This document shows, in pieces, positions 10,137-20,932 of a stretch of 64,000 bases of DNA. The position numbers and the translations under genes were made by a program. Under the pieces are notes generated by a model. It searched no databases. It saw only the letters and a list, made by a program, of their open reading frames with translations, and had not been told where the DNA came from. The DNA is taken from contig CAVSGI010000021.1 in assembly GCA_963727445.1 (NCBI GenBank), forward strand, positions 608,001 to 672,000. Direction: 5' to 3'. Source of the stretch: an uncultured delta proteobacterium (GTDB lineage Bacteria; Myxococcota_A; Polyangia; Polyangiales; B10-G4). Position 1 is the first letter of the stretch; every line of letters starts with the position of its first letter.

Positions 10137-10460
10137 ATGGAGATCGAAGGGCTCCTCTCCACCATGGTAGCGGTCGGCTTCTTCGCGGTCGCCGCTCTGC
10201 TCCTCCTCGTCACGGTGGGGATCGTCATCGTCCGGCGCCTCCGCGGTGAGAAGGCCTCTTCTGCTGGCGTGTTGGCTTTCCTCGTCAGCATCGTCGTGTT
10301 CGTGCTCGGCGGCGCGGGCGCCCTCACCGGCGTCGCGTGGATCGCGAAGGAGACGGACGACGCCATCGTCTTCTGGGGACCGGCCGTCGTCCTGCTCGCG
10401 CTCATCGGCGGTTTCGTGTCGTGGCTCCTCGCGGGGCGCGTCGAGCCGCCAGAGGCGTGA
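10137..10460 (+). CDS. Small three-TM hypothetical membrane protein
   Basis: Three hydrophobic stretches with normal GC3 bias; start codon uncertain. Confidence 0.55.
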   Translation: MEIEGLLSTMVAVGFFAVAALLLLVTVGIVIVRRLRGEKASSAGVLAFLVSIVVFVLGGAGALTGVAWIAKETDDAIVFWGPAVVLLALIGGFVSWLLAGRVEPPEA

Positions 10461-12015
10461 GCTCTGCGGTCGGAGCGGCGCTCGCGGGGCGGAGCACCAC
10501 CATCTCGTCCTGCTGGCACTTGCTGCAAATCACGAAGTGATCGACGTGCACTTCGTAGACCTCTCGGAGGCGGGGGTCGTGGAGCATGCTCGGGTACCAG
10601 GACGGGATGATGGCGAGGTAGCGGGGGGGATGCGCTCGCAAGACCTCCGGGAGGCCGCCGCCGAGGGCTTCGTGCGTGTTGATGCCGAGCATGTCGACCA
10701 CCGGACGGTCGCTGATGAAGCGGATGGCTCCGGCGTCGTGCGTCGCGATCCAATCGTTGGGCGAGGAGTTGTTGGCGATCCAGAGCCCGACCTGAACCTG
10801 CTCCTCCTCGACGTTCTCGGCGCTCCAGGCCTGGAGCGACGCGTTGCGGTCGATCTTGGCGGGGAGGGTGACGAGGGACATCGCGATCAGAGGCACCGCC
10901 AGGGCGCCCAGGACCCGTCCCTGCGTCTGGCGGGCGGGACGGCGACGCACGAGCCGAAAGAGCTCGTCGATAGAGGTCCAGAGCCCGATCGCGATGGGTA
11001 CGAAGACGAGCGCGATGCCGGCGTCGAGATAGCGATGCCAGTAGAAGGCGAGCGGCTCGTTGATTCGATGCGCCCAGATGATCGCCACGATCCACAGCGG
11101 TCCGACCAGGACGAGGGCGAGGCGGGCGGCCCGCGCCTTCGCGCCCTCGCCTTCGACGAGTAGCCGGTGTGCACCGAGCACGAACGCGACGACGCCACAG
11201 CCCCAGAAGAGCCAGGGGTAGTCGAGGAGCTGGCCGAAGATCACGGTGCCGGCATCGGAGAAGGCGTCGAGGGGGCCGGCGTCCTGGTGCTTCAAGTAGA
11301 ACGCGCTGGGCAGGAGCCGTCCGGTGACGATCAGGCAGTAGCCGACCCAGGCGACCGTCACCGCGAGCGGCGGCAGGGCGAGCGCGCGGAAGGTGGCGGA
11401 GCTCCGGAGCTCGTCGCGGTCCAACCACGCGAACACCGCGACGGCGGTGACGGCGACCACCAACATCTCGGGGCGGCTCAGCACCGCGAGCGCCAGAGCG
11501 ATTCCGGCCCCTCGATAGCGCTTCGCACAGAGGAGATCGAAAGCGGCGAGCGAGGTCGCGGCCGCCAGGGGGACCTCCATCCCACTGACGGCGCCGAAGG
11601 CGAGCCACGGATCGAGGGCGATCATCGTGCCGAGGACCATCCCGGCGCCGATGCCGGCGAGGCGTTCGCCGAGTCGAAAGCCGAAGACGCTCGCGGCCGC
11701 GGCGCACGCCACACCAACCACTTTCACGATGAGAACGAGCGACACGTCCCACGGCACACGGATCCAGAAGAGCGGCGCGAGGAGGATCGCCCACAGGGGA
11801 CTGGTGAACCCGGCTTCGGCCTGCCCGGGCACATAGGCGAATCCATCGAAGCCGGCGAGGCTCCGCGCGTAGACCAGGTGGATCCATCCGTCGTCGAGGG
11901 GCAGCCCAACCGCTGCCGCGTCGGTCCCCGGGCTCCGATCGAGCAGAAACCGAAGCGCGACCCCGACGCAGAGCGCCAGGGGCCAGGCCAGCCGCCACCG
12001 CGCTGCCGCACCCAT
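10402..12015 (-). CDS. GT-C-fold integral membrane glycosyltransferase (AftB/PMT-like)
   Basis: LDDGWIHLVYARSL...GFTSPLWAILLA after TM1; SGME; SRPE; multiple TMs; periplasmic C-terminal domain with DAGAIRF...DMLG. Confidence 0.7.
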   Translation of the reverse strand: MGAAARWRLAWPLALCVGVALRFLLDRSPGTDAAAVGLPLDDGWIHLVYARSLAGFDGFAYVPGQAEAGFTSPLWAILLAPLFWIRVPWDVSLVLIVKVVGVACAAAASVFGFRLGERLAGIGAGMVLGTMIALDPWLAFGAVSGMEVPLAAATSLAAFDLLCAKRYRGAGIALALAVLSRPEMLVVAVTAVAVFAWLDRDELRSSATFRALALPPLAVTVAWVGYCLIVTGRLLPSAFYLKHQDAGPLDAFSDAGTVIFGQLLDYPWLFWGCGVVAFVLGAHRLLVEGEGAKARAARLALVLVGPLWIVAIIWAHRINEPLAFYWHRYLDAGIALVFVPIAIGLWTSIDELFRLVRRRPARQTQGRVLGALAVPLIAMSLVTLPAKIDRNASLQAWSAENVEEEQVQVGLWIANNSSPNDWIATHDAGAIRFISDRPVVDMLGINTHEALGGGLPEVLRAHPPRYLAIIPSWYPSMLHDPRLREVYEVHVDHFVICSKCQQDEMVVLRPASAAPTAELTPLAARRAPRGATTRNRR

Positions 12016-12074
12016 CGAGGCTCATTTCTATCGCAGCGTGGCGCGCAGCGAAAGATGGCGAGTTGGGGGCTGCG

Positions 12075-14237
12075 TCAACACGTGCTGCACCCCGTCCCCG
12101 AGGAGCTGCACCCCCCACTGGTGCTGCACCCCGTGGGGCAGCTGGTGGTCGCGGGACATCCCAGCAGGGGATGGCAGAGGAGATCGCAAGCGCAGGAGGT
12201 CGAACAATCGACAGACGAGCACGAGCCACCCCCGGTGCAATCGAGGTCGCATGCACCTGGCCCGCAGGCTATATCGCCGCAGCCGCCCAAGCCATCACAG
12301 GCGACCGTGCAGCTGCCTGCATCGCACGCGACGCTGCCGCACCCGCCGTTGCCACCACAGTCCACGTGACAGGTGGACGCGCCGCGACAGTCGATCGGCC
12401 CGAGACACCCTCCCTCGGCGTTGCACAACACGGCGCACGGGACTCCGGGCGCGCAGGTGATGGATCCGGTGCACGGTCCGTTGTCGTCGCAGCGCACTTC
12501 ACAAGACGTGGCCGTTGCACAGTCCAGGCGACCACTGCAGCCGCCTCCTCCGCCGCAGTCGAGCAGACACGAGCCACTTCCGCAGGTGATGTCTCCGCAG
12601 GGCCCGGGTCCATTGCACGCGATGCTGCAATCGGTCGCGTCGCTGCAGTCCACGAGGCCGCACCCACCGAACACGTCGCACTGGACCCGGCACGGGACAC
12701 CCGCAGGGCAGGTCACCGAAGGGCAGCCCGCGTCGGGGCAGCTGATGACGCAGGTCCCCGCGACGCAGGTGCCCATGGTGCAGACGTCCGAGCAGGCCAC
12801 GGGGCAGTCCTCGGCGCAGCTGGCCGAGGTCTCCGAAGCGCAGCAGAGCCCGTCACCGCACGTCGTCGTGCCGCAGTCGGTCTCGCAGCTGCAACTGTTC
12901 TCGCCGGAGGGCTCGCAGCATACGCCATCCCCGCAGCTCGAGGCCCCACAGTCGCTCGGGCAGCTACACGGGCTCTCCGTGGGGCAGCAACGACCGTCTC
13001 CGCAGACGGCCGCACCGCAGTCGGCAGCGCAAGAACAGACGTCCTCCCCCGCGGAGCCACAGCAGATGCCGTTTTCGCAGGTGTCGGCGCCGCAGTCGGC
13101 CGCGCAAGTGCACGAGTCCTCGCCCGCCGCCGTGCAGCAGACCCCATCCCCACAGGCCGAGGCCCCGCAGTCCCCCGGGCAGGTGCAGGCGTCCTCACCC
13201 CCGGCAGCGCAGCACAGTCCATCGCCGCATGTCGCGCCCGTGCAATCGGCGCCGCAGGTGCAAACGTCTTCGCCGGCGTTGCACACCCCGTCGGGACAAG
13301 CGGCCGTGCAGTCCTCGGCGCAGCTCGCCGAGGTCTCGTCGCGCGCGGCGCAGCACACTTCGTCGCCGCAAGTCGGGGCGCCGCAGTCGTCAGGGCAGGA
13401 GCAGCGGGTCTCCCCCGCGCGTGCGCAGCAGCTGCCGTCGCCACAGGCCGAAGCCCCACAGTCGCTCGGACAGGAGCACGCGCTTTCGCCGCCGGCATCG
13501 CAGCAGATGCCGTCACCGCAAGAGGAGGCGCCGCAATCGCTCGGACAGGTGCATGCGGTTTCGCCGCCGGCTGCGCAGCAGATGCCGTCGCCGCAAGTGC
13601 CCATTCCGCAATCTTCACACCCACACGCGGTTTCGCCCGTGAGCCCGCAGCAGATCGCGTCGCCGCAGGAGGAGGCGCCACAGTCGCTCGGACAGGAGCA
13701 CGCGCTCTCGCCCATCGTCCCGCAGCAGACTGCATCCCCGCAGCTGTTCAGCCCACAATCGCTCGGGCACGTACACGGGTCCTCACCGCCGACGCTGCAG
13801 CACGCGCCGTCGCCGCACGTAGCCTCGGTGCAGTCCGTCTCGCAGGTGCACACGTCTTCGCCGGTGGTGCAGCGGCCGTCGCCGCACACGGGGAAGCAGT
13901 CGTCTCCGCACGTCGCGATGTTCTCCCCGGTCGCGGCGCAGCAGATCGCGTCGCCACAGCTCCCCTCCCCACAGTCCGCTGCGCAGGCGCACGCGTTTTC
14001 GCCCCGGCCTGGGCAGCACAGGCCGTCGCCACACGACGATGGGCCGCAGTCCGACGGGCAGCCGCACGCGTCTTCACCGCCGCAGCAGACGCCATCCCCG
14101 CAGATCGGCGCCGGGCAGCTGCCGCCGTCTGGAACGGTCGCGTCCATCGATCCGACGTCTACGCGGTCGAATCCCACCCGCCCGCATCCCACGCCGGCCA
14201 GCAGCAGCGCCACCCCGAGTGCGACTCGCCAGATCAT
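12075..14237 (-). CDS. Extremely Cys-rich repeat lipoprotein (18 CGDGxCC...CxCxxDC units plus a C-terminal Cys-ladder solenoid)
   Basis: ATG 14237 preceded by TAACCT; lipobox GVGC-GRVGFD; repeats read directly from the translation. Confidence 0.85.
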   Translation of the reverse strand: MIWRVALGVALLLAGVGCGRVGFDRVDVGSMDATVPDGGSCPAPICGDGVCCGGEDACGCPSDCGPSSCGDGLCCPGRGENACACAADCGEGSCGDAICCAATGENIATCGDDCFPVCGDGRCTTGEDVCTCETDCTEATCGDGACCSVGGEDPCTCPSDCGLNSCGDAVCCGTMGESACSCPSDCGASSCGDAICCGLTGETACGCEDCGMGTCGDGICCAAGGETACTCPSDCGASSCGDGICCDAGGESACSCPSDCGASACGDGSCCARAGETRCSCPDDCGAPTCGDEVCCAARDETSASCAEDCTAACPDGVCNAGEDVCTCGADCTGATCGDGLCCAAGGEDACTCPGDCGASACGDGVCCTAAGEDSCTCAADCGADTCENGICCGSAGEDVCSCAADCGAAVCGDGRCCPTESPCSCPSDCGASSCGDGVCCEPSGENSCSCETDCGTTTCGDGLCCASETSASCAEDCPVACSDVCTMGTCVAGTCVISCPDAGCPSVTCPAGVPCRVQCDVFGGCGLVDCSDATDCSIACNGPGPCGDITCGSGSCLLDCGGGGGCSGRLDCATATSCEVRCDDNGPCTGSITCAPGVPCAVLCNAEGGCLGPIDCRGASTCHVDCGGNGGCGSVACDAGSCTVACDGLGGCGDIACGPGACDLDCTGGGSCSSVDCSTSCACDLLCHPLLGCPATTSCPTGCSTSGGCSSSGTGCSTC
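12804..14102 (-). repeat. Array of 18 coding repeats of about 22-25 aa, consensus CGDGxCCxxxGExxCxCPxDC
   Basis: Counted in the translation; the DNA units have diverged but share ccgcagtc/gcagca cores. Confidence 0.85.
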
Positions 14238-14355
14238 GGATGAGGTTACCGCGCGTAGCATCCGCCGCCGGTAACATATCAAACGATGGTTTTCGGACGG
14301 GGGTGGCGGAAAGGACGAGCGCGACTAGAGTAGCCTCGTCGCCGGGGAGGGATGG

Positions 14356-15051
14356 ATGAAAGCGCTGGTTGGACTCTTGACCGTCTTGTGTGTGGTGGGA
14401 TGTGACGATCCGGGGGATATCGTCGAGGCGCACCGCCCGGCGCTCCAGGCGAAGCTCGATGCCCTGCGTCAGATCGGCGGTGACGTGAGCGGGCGGGCCG
14501 CGGCGACCGATGCAGATCTCGACGTCCCCAGCGATGCCAACTTCGGGCGGAACGGCAACGGCTTGATCGTCTCCCCGAACCAGCTCGCCGATCCGACCGC
14601 CGGGCCGGAAGAGCACTGGGAGAACATGCCCGCGGGCAGCAGCTACCTCTATCCGTCCTGGGCCAGCTACTCGGATGCCGTGGTGATACCCATTGCACAC
14701 TACCTTCGCGACGGAGACTTCGAGAGCGACCCGCAAGAGTCCGTGGTGCAGTTCGCCGTCGACGGCCTTTCGCGCATGAAGTACGCGCTGGTGGTTCGCG
14801 TCCAGCACGCCGTTCCGCCGCGCCTGCAAGGCGACGAGATCGAGGCCAACGACATCGAGACCTTCCAGTCGGGAGGCATCGTCGGCGACGTGCTCCTCTA
14901 CAATCTCGGCTCGGGCTCGTTCCTGGACAGCGCCACTTACGAAGTCCTGAGCCCCGCGGAAGCGGACGTCTACAACGAAGACATCGCGGGTCAGCTCCGG
15001 TCAGAGCTCATCCGTGCGCTCGGAGAGAAAATCGACGGTCTCACTCGCTGA
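14356..15051 (+). CDS. Hypothetical lipoprotein
   Basis: SD-like GGAGGG upstream, lipobox VVGC, coding-like codon bias; no family recognised. Confidence 0.7.
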   Translation: MKALVGLLTVLCVVGCDDPGDIVEAHRPALQAKLDALRQIGGDVSGRAAATDADLDVPSDANFGRNGNGLIVSPNQLADPTAGPEEHWENMPAGSSYLYPSWASYSDAVVIPIAHYLRDGDFESDPQESVVQFAVDGLSRMKYALVVRVQHAVPPRLQGDEIEANDIETFQSGGIVGDVLLYNLGSGSFLDSATYEVLSPAEADVYNEDIAGQLRSELIRALGEKIDGLTR

Positions 15052-15060
15052 GGCGGGTGT

Positions 15061-17129
15061 TCACTCCTCGACGCGCGGGAGCCGACCCGGCGTGACGGTG
15101 TAGCGGTGGCCCGACGTCACGTGGAAGGTGTCGGTGGCGAGCGCACCGTTCGGCCAGCGCACGGTGACGTCTGCCTCGCATTCGGCGCCGAGGCCGAAGG
15201 TGAGAAGGAGATCGCTCTGCGCACCGTAGTGCCCGTGGCCGCCCTCCACCTCACGGGTCTGGGTGACGCCGCCGGCGGTGAGCGTCGCGCGCGCGCCGAT
15301 CGCTACCGCGTTCACGTCGTCGGTCCCCTCGAGGTGAAGCTGCACCCAGTTCCCACCGTCGCCTGCGACGTTCTCGAAGAAGCGCACCTGCTGCGTCGGG
15401 TAGCAGTCATCGGGCGCCGAGGCGTCGCAGCGCGCGTGTGAGTGACCGACGACCACGTCCAGGTCCCCATCCCGATCGAAGTCGGCGATGGCGATGCCGT
15501 GGCTCCGGTGATGATCGATCCCCTGATCGATCGGCACCTGGGTGAAGCTCAGCGCCGAGTCCTGATGGTAGAGCAGCCCGTGGTTGCCCGCGTAGTCGCT
15601 CATGCCGAGATAGACGTCGAGCCAACCGTCGAGGTCGAAGTCGAAGAGCGCCGAGGTCATGATCCCCTCGTCCCAGGAGACCGCGTCCGCGTGCGGGACT
15701 TCCATCCCGAGCGCCGCGCGTCCCGGACGATCGAAGACCGGGTCGTTCGACCCGTCGTTGATCAAGAGCTCGGCCATGTCCGATCCCGAGCCGGCCCACC
15801 AGTGGCGGATCTCGTTGGTGAGCAGGTCCATGTCGCCGTCGTTGTCGACGTCGCCACACACGGTGGTCCCGCTGTTGCCGCCGAGCCGGAAGGCTTGTGT
15901 GTCGTTGGTCGGGTTCCAGGCCGGCGGCTCCGGGCAGACCACCAGGGGGCTGTCAGGCCTGCGCATCCATCCGCGCTCGGGTTCGCCTGGCAGTAGCAGC
16001 GGGCGAACTGGTTGTCGGTCCACCCCATGTCCATGTCGTAGGCGTAGCCCGAGTCGACGGATCGGTTGGTGTAGGTCACCGTCCCGTCGCTTCCGCGCAC
16101 GCCCTGGAAGAGGTGGTTCGGCGCGCGGCCATAGGACGCAGCGAGCAGCTCCATGACGCCGTCGTCGTTGAGATCGCAGGTGGCCACCGACCAGGCGCGG
16201 CTGTGTGCGAGGCCCTGGTTGAGCGCGTCGAGGCTCACCCAATCCTGGGTCTCGAGACCCGCGTCGGCGGTCGCGTCCTCGAACCCTCCTTCGCCGTCGT
16301 TTCGCCACAGCCGGTCCTGAAGGATCTCGGTGGAAGTCGAGTTGTGCCCGACCCACAGGTCGAGATCCCCGTCGAGGTCGTAGTCGACGAAGGCGGCGCC
16401 CGCCGGCACGTCGACGCCGCTCGGGTTGCGCACGGGATTGTCCCCCGAGCCGAGCACGAAGTGTCCGGGCGCGTCCTGGATCATGATCTCGCTGGTCTCT
16501 CCCATGTTGGCGCCCGTCAGGTCGATGGTGTTCATGCCGAGGTAGGCGTCGAGGTCCCCGTCGTTGTCGACGTCGCCCCAGGCCACCACCTCGACCGGCC
16601 TGCCGCCTGCGCCGCCGCCGCGAGGGGTCACGAAGCCCGAGGCCTCGGTGACGTCCTCGAAGTGACCGTCGCCCGTGTTGTGCAGGAGCCAGGTGTGCCG
16701 CTCTCCCCCCGCGGTGAAATCGTCGAAGCCGGCCGGCGCGTTGAGCACGGCGAGGTCGGTGAAGCCGTCGCCATCGAAGTCCACCGCCTCGATGCGAATG
16801 CCCTCGACCCCCGTCAGCCCCCAGCCATCGGTCGCTTCGCGGAACGCTTGCTCGCCCGGATCCCAGTGCGTTCCGTCTCCGCACACCGCTGCGGGTTGGG
16901 TCACGCACGTCGTCGTGGCCGCTTCGCAGACCTGATCGTCGGCGCAGACCTCACCGCCGTCGCCGCAGTGGCACATCCCGTCCATCGGCGAGCAGGTGGT
17001 TCCGTCGACGGCGCAGGTGACGCCATCGCACGGGTCGGTGCTCCGGGTGTCGTGGCCGCAGGAAGCGAGCGGGAAGACGAAGAAAATCGCGAACAAAGCA
17101 GGTGAAAAACGGGCCCGAAGACTGAGCAT
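15061..17129 (-). CDS. CRTAC1/ASPIC-UnbV family FG-GAP-repeat lipoprotein (frameshift in the G-run near 15945-15949)
   Basis: Lipobox LASC; DFDGDGFTDL, DVDNDGDLD, DYDLDGDLD repeats; C-terminal GNWVQLHLEG...AIGARAT...FGLG...VRWPNG (UnbV). ORFs 15762..17198 and 15061..16908 join with one extra base. Confidence 0.8.
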
Positions 17130-17173
17130 GACCCCCATGTTTGTGCGATTGGGGCCGGCGCGCCAGTCGGCGC

Positions 17174-18319
17174 TCAGCGGGCGGCCTCGAGGCGCCACGC
17201 GCGGATCAGGGCGTCGGTGGCGCGACGCACGTCGTCCTCGGTCGTGTGTCGGCCGAGCGAGAGGCGGACGGATCCGAGTGCCTCGCTCGCCGGAACGCCC
17301 ATCGCCAGGATCACCGAGGAGGCCGATGTCTCACCCGCGTGGCAGGCCGAGCCAGTGGATGCGGCGATCTCCGGCGCGGCGGCGAGGAGCGCGTCGCCCG
17401 CCACTTCGGGAAAGCGCACGTTGAGGGTGTTCGGCAAGCGGAGCTCCCGGTGGCCGTTGAGCACGAGCCCCTCGATCGCGAGGTCCAGACGTTCCCACGC
17501 GAGGTCCCGCAGCCTCTTCATCCGCGCGGCGGCGGCGTCGAGGTCTCGGGTCACCGCTTCCGCCGCCGCACCCAGGCCGACGATCGATGCGACGTTTTCG
17601 GTGCCGGGCCTCAGGCCCCGCTCGTGACCGGCGCCCAGGGTGAAGGGAGCGATCGCCGTCTGCCGGCGAACGAAGAGGGCCCCGACGCCCTTGGGCCCGT
17701 AGAGCTTGTGGCCTGCGACCGAGAGCAGGTCGACTCCGAGCGCGTCGACATTCACCGGCACCTTGCCGAGCGACTGGGCCGCGTCCGTGTGGAGGAGCGC
17801 GCCCCGCGCGTGGGCGAGCTCGGCCAGCTCGGCGATGGGCTGGAGCACCCCGGTCTCGTTGTTCGCGTGCATCACCGTCACGAGCGTGGTCGTCTCGTCG
17901 ATCGCGGCCTTCGCCTCGGCGAGTCGGACCCGACCGCCGTCGTCGACCCCGAGCCGTGTCACCCGACAGCCCTGCGCTTCGAGCCATCCGCAAGGTCGCT
18001 CGGTCGCCGGGTGCTCGACCGCGGAGGTCACGATCCCTCCTCGAGGCGACGCGGCTCGCATCACGCCACGGATGGCGAGGTTGTTGGCCTCGGTGCCGCC
18101 CGAGGTGAAGAAGACCTCGTCGGGCGCGCAGCCCAGGGCGCCGGCGACCTGCGCTCGGGCGTGCTCGACCGCGCGCGCTGTCCGTTCGCCGTAGACGTGC
18201 CCACTCGACGGATTTCCGAAATGCTCGCGCAAGTAGGGGAGCATCGCGTCGACGACCTCGGGCAACAGGGGCGTCGTGGCGTTGTGGTCGAGGTAGATCG
18301 GATCGGCATCGACGGGCAT
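17174..18319 (-). CDS. Cysteine desulfurase (NifS/IscS class, PLP-dependent)
   Basis: YLDHNATTP, FTSGGTEANN, HTDAAQ, GHKLYGPKG (PLP lysine), STGSACH (catalytic Cys). No iscU or suf genes adjacent. Confidence 0.9.
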   Translation of the reverse strand: MPVDADPIYLDHNATTPLLPEVVDAMLPYLREHFGNPSSGHVYGERTARAVEHARAQVAGALGCAPDEVFFTSGGTEANNLAIRGVMRAASPRGGIVTSAVEHPATERPCGWLEAQGCRVTRLGVDDGGRVRLAEAKAAIDETTTLVTVMHANNETGVLQPIAELAELAHARGALLHTDAAQSLGKVPVNVDALGVDLLSVAGHKLYGPKGVGALFVRRQTAIAPFTLGAGHERGLRPGTENVASIVGLGAAAEAVTRDLDAAAARMKRLRDLAWERLDLAIEGLVLNGHRELRLPNTLNVRFPEVAGDALLAAAPEIAASTGSACHAGETSASSVILAMGVPASEALGSVRLSLGRHTTEDDVRRATDALIRAWRLEAAR

Positions 18320-18368
18320 CGACGGTGGAGAGAAACACGGAGCGGCTCGCGCGTCGAATGGTCGCTGC

Positions 18369-20826
18369 TCAGGAGGCGTGCGAGTGGGCGCTGGCTTCGA
18401 TTCGCGAAAGGTGGCGCGCTTGTCGGCCCCGCTGCCGATGGAGCAGGCGCTCGACCCCGAATCTTCAGGGCGCTCCCGACGAAGAGCCATGCGAGCGCGT
18501 AGCCCCACACCATGAGCGCGTAGCTCCAACCCACCGGCGCGACGAACCATCCGTACACCGCGGCCAATGTTCCGAGCACCTGGGTGGCTTCGGCCGCGAT
18601 GACCAGGCGCCAGCTCGGCCACGGCCGGCGCCAGAGCGTGCCGGTGTTCCGCGTGACGTAGATGGTCAGATGTCCGGCCACCAGGAGCTTCAGGAAGATG
18701 AGCGTTCGGACGGTGTCGGGCGCCAGCCCGAGATACTCGCGCACGAACCAGAACAACCCGAAAGAGGCCACCACCCCAGCGACACCCAGAGCCGCGCTCA
18801 GAACCAGAACCCGCTCCATGTTCCATCGAACCGGCTGCGGCGCGACCGGCACGTTGTCGTAGGCGATCATCATGATCGGCAGGTCGTTCAAGATCGCGAG
18901 CAGGACGATCATGACGGCCGTGACCGGATAGAAGTCGAAGACCAGGATCGAGAGCGTCATGAACAGGAGCACGCGAATCGTCTCCGAGATGCGGAAGACC
19001 GCGTAGCTGGTCATCCGTTCGAAGATGCGACGCGCTTCTTCGACCGCACTCGTGATGACCGAGAGGCCAGGAGAGGTCAGCACCACGGCGGCGGCGGCGC
19101 GCGCGGCATCGGTGGCGCCGCTGACGGCGATCCCCACGTCGGCTTGTTTGAGCGCTGGCGCGTCGTTCACGCCGTCGCCGGTCATCCCGACGATGTGATC
19201 CCGCTTCTGCAGCTCCTGGACGATGGCGAACTTGTGCTCCGGGAAGACCTGCGCGAAACCGTCGGCGGCCTCGATCGCCTCCGCCGACACCGGATGGCCG
19301 TGGTCGTCGAAGGCCTCCGAAGCTGCGGTGATGTTCGATCCGAGATGGAGCTTCCTCGCCGTCTCTCGGGCGATGGCGACGTGGTCGCCGGTGACCATCC
19401 GGATGTCGAGCCCATACCCCCGGGCGGCGTCGATGGTCGCCGCGGCGTCGTCGCGCGGCGGATCGAAGAGCTGCAACAGGCCCAGGAGCTTCCAGCCATC
19501 GCCGCGGTCGCGGGCGACGCCGAGGACGCGGAAGCCGGAAGCGGCCAGCTCATCCGTTCGGGCCGCGACCTCTCGCCGGACGTCCTCGTCGGCGTCGACC
19601 AGGGCGAGGATCGCCTGGGCGGCGCCCTTGCTCACCCGCCACGTCTCCTCGCCACGTCGCACCTCGGCGTCGGCGCGCTTGCGCACCGGGTCGAAGGGCT
19701 CGAAGTGGTCGGTGGTGAAGTGGGAGAGGTCGCCGCGGTCTACGCGCGCGACGATGGCCGAGTCGATGGGGTCGGCGTCCTCCTCGCGGGACGCCAGCGC
19801 CGCCGCGAGAACGAGGTCTTCGGCGTCGTCGGCACCCATGACGATCGGTTCACCGAGCGTCAGCTCGTTCTTGGTGAGGGTGCCCGTCTTGTCGCTGCAC
19901 AGCACGTCCATCCCTGCCATCTCCTCGATGGAGACCAGACGCGAGACGATGGCCCCCATCTTCGCGAGCTTGGAGGCGCCGGCGGCCATGGTGACGGAGA
20001 GCACCGTGGGAAGCGCGACGGGGATCGCCGCGACGGTGAGGATGAGCGCGAAGAGGAGGGTCTCGACCAGTGGCGTGCCGCGAAAGAGAGCGACCAGGAG
20101 GATGATCACCACCAGGATGATGGTGAGGACGATGAGGAAGTTGCCGATCTTCAGGACCGCCCGCTGGAAATGGGAGCGCGTCTCCGCGTCTTCGACCAGG
20201 CGCGCCGTCTTTCCGAAATAGGTGTCCATTCCGATGGCCGACACGACGCCGGTCATCTCGCCCGTTCGCACGATCGAGCCCGAGTACACGTCGTCGCCCT
20301 CGCCATGGTCGACGGGGAGGGACTCTCCGGTGAGAGCGGATTGGTCGACGCTCAAGAACCCTTCGCCGACGAGGCGCAGGTCGGCGGGGACGATGTTGCC
20401 CAGGCGAACCCGCACCACGTCGCCGGGGACGAGCTCGGCCGCGTCCACCTCGCGCCAACGCCCGTCACGAAGAACCCGCGCCTCGAGCGCGAGCTTCGCT
20501 TTCAGCGCAGTGATGGCATTGTCGGCCTGGAGCTCCTCCCAGAAGCCGACGCCAGCGTTGATCAGCAGCATCGACCCGATGATGGCGAGGTCGTCCCACC
20601 GCCCGGCGGCCCCCGACAGGATCGCGGCGGCCTCGATCATCCAGGGGATGGGTCCCCAGAAGAACCCGGCGATCCGGCGCGTTAGGGAGACGCGCTTTTC
20701 GACGAGGGCATTGGGCCCGAAGCGCTCCTTTCGCCGGGCCACCTCCGCCGACTTGAGGCCGACGCTCGTGTCGGTGGGTGGCACCGACGGACCCTGCTCG
20801 GCTCTGCGCTGGTCTTCCCTCTGCAT
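18369..20826 (-). CDS. P3A-type plasma-membrane proton-efflux P-type ATPase (frameshift at 18459-18463; corrected stop at 18369)
   Basis: FWGPIPWMIE, DQSALTGES, AAIPVALP, CSDKTGTLT, MTGDGVNDAPAL, RISETIR and LAILND (proton-site Arg/Asp equivalents). Removing one base gives the C-terminus KIGVERLLHRQRGRQARHLSRIEASAHSHAS* and removes the overlap with the next gene. Confidence 0.88.
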
Positions 20827-20932
20827 GTCGGCCCGAGATCTAGATAAGACCGCCGCAGCCGCGCGCCACGCAGAAGGTGGTGGCGTTTTGCCTCAGGTGC
20901 GACGAAGCGTCGCGGGGCGAGTCATCGGCCAG

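Noticed and set aside
12063..14274. Long plus-strand ORFs (726 aa, 633 aa) with QQxPSPQ repeats
   Set aside because: Antisense shadows of the Cys-rich repeat lipoprotein; the minus-strand frame has the lipobox and promoter.
18061..18368. Apparent 921-aa ATPase overlapping the cysteine desulfurase (possible C-terminal regulatory domain)
   Set aside because: Caused by the +1 base at 18459-18463; the corrected stop at 18369 leaves no overlap.
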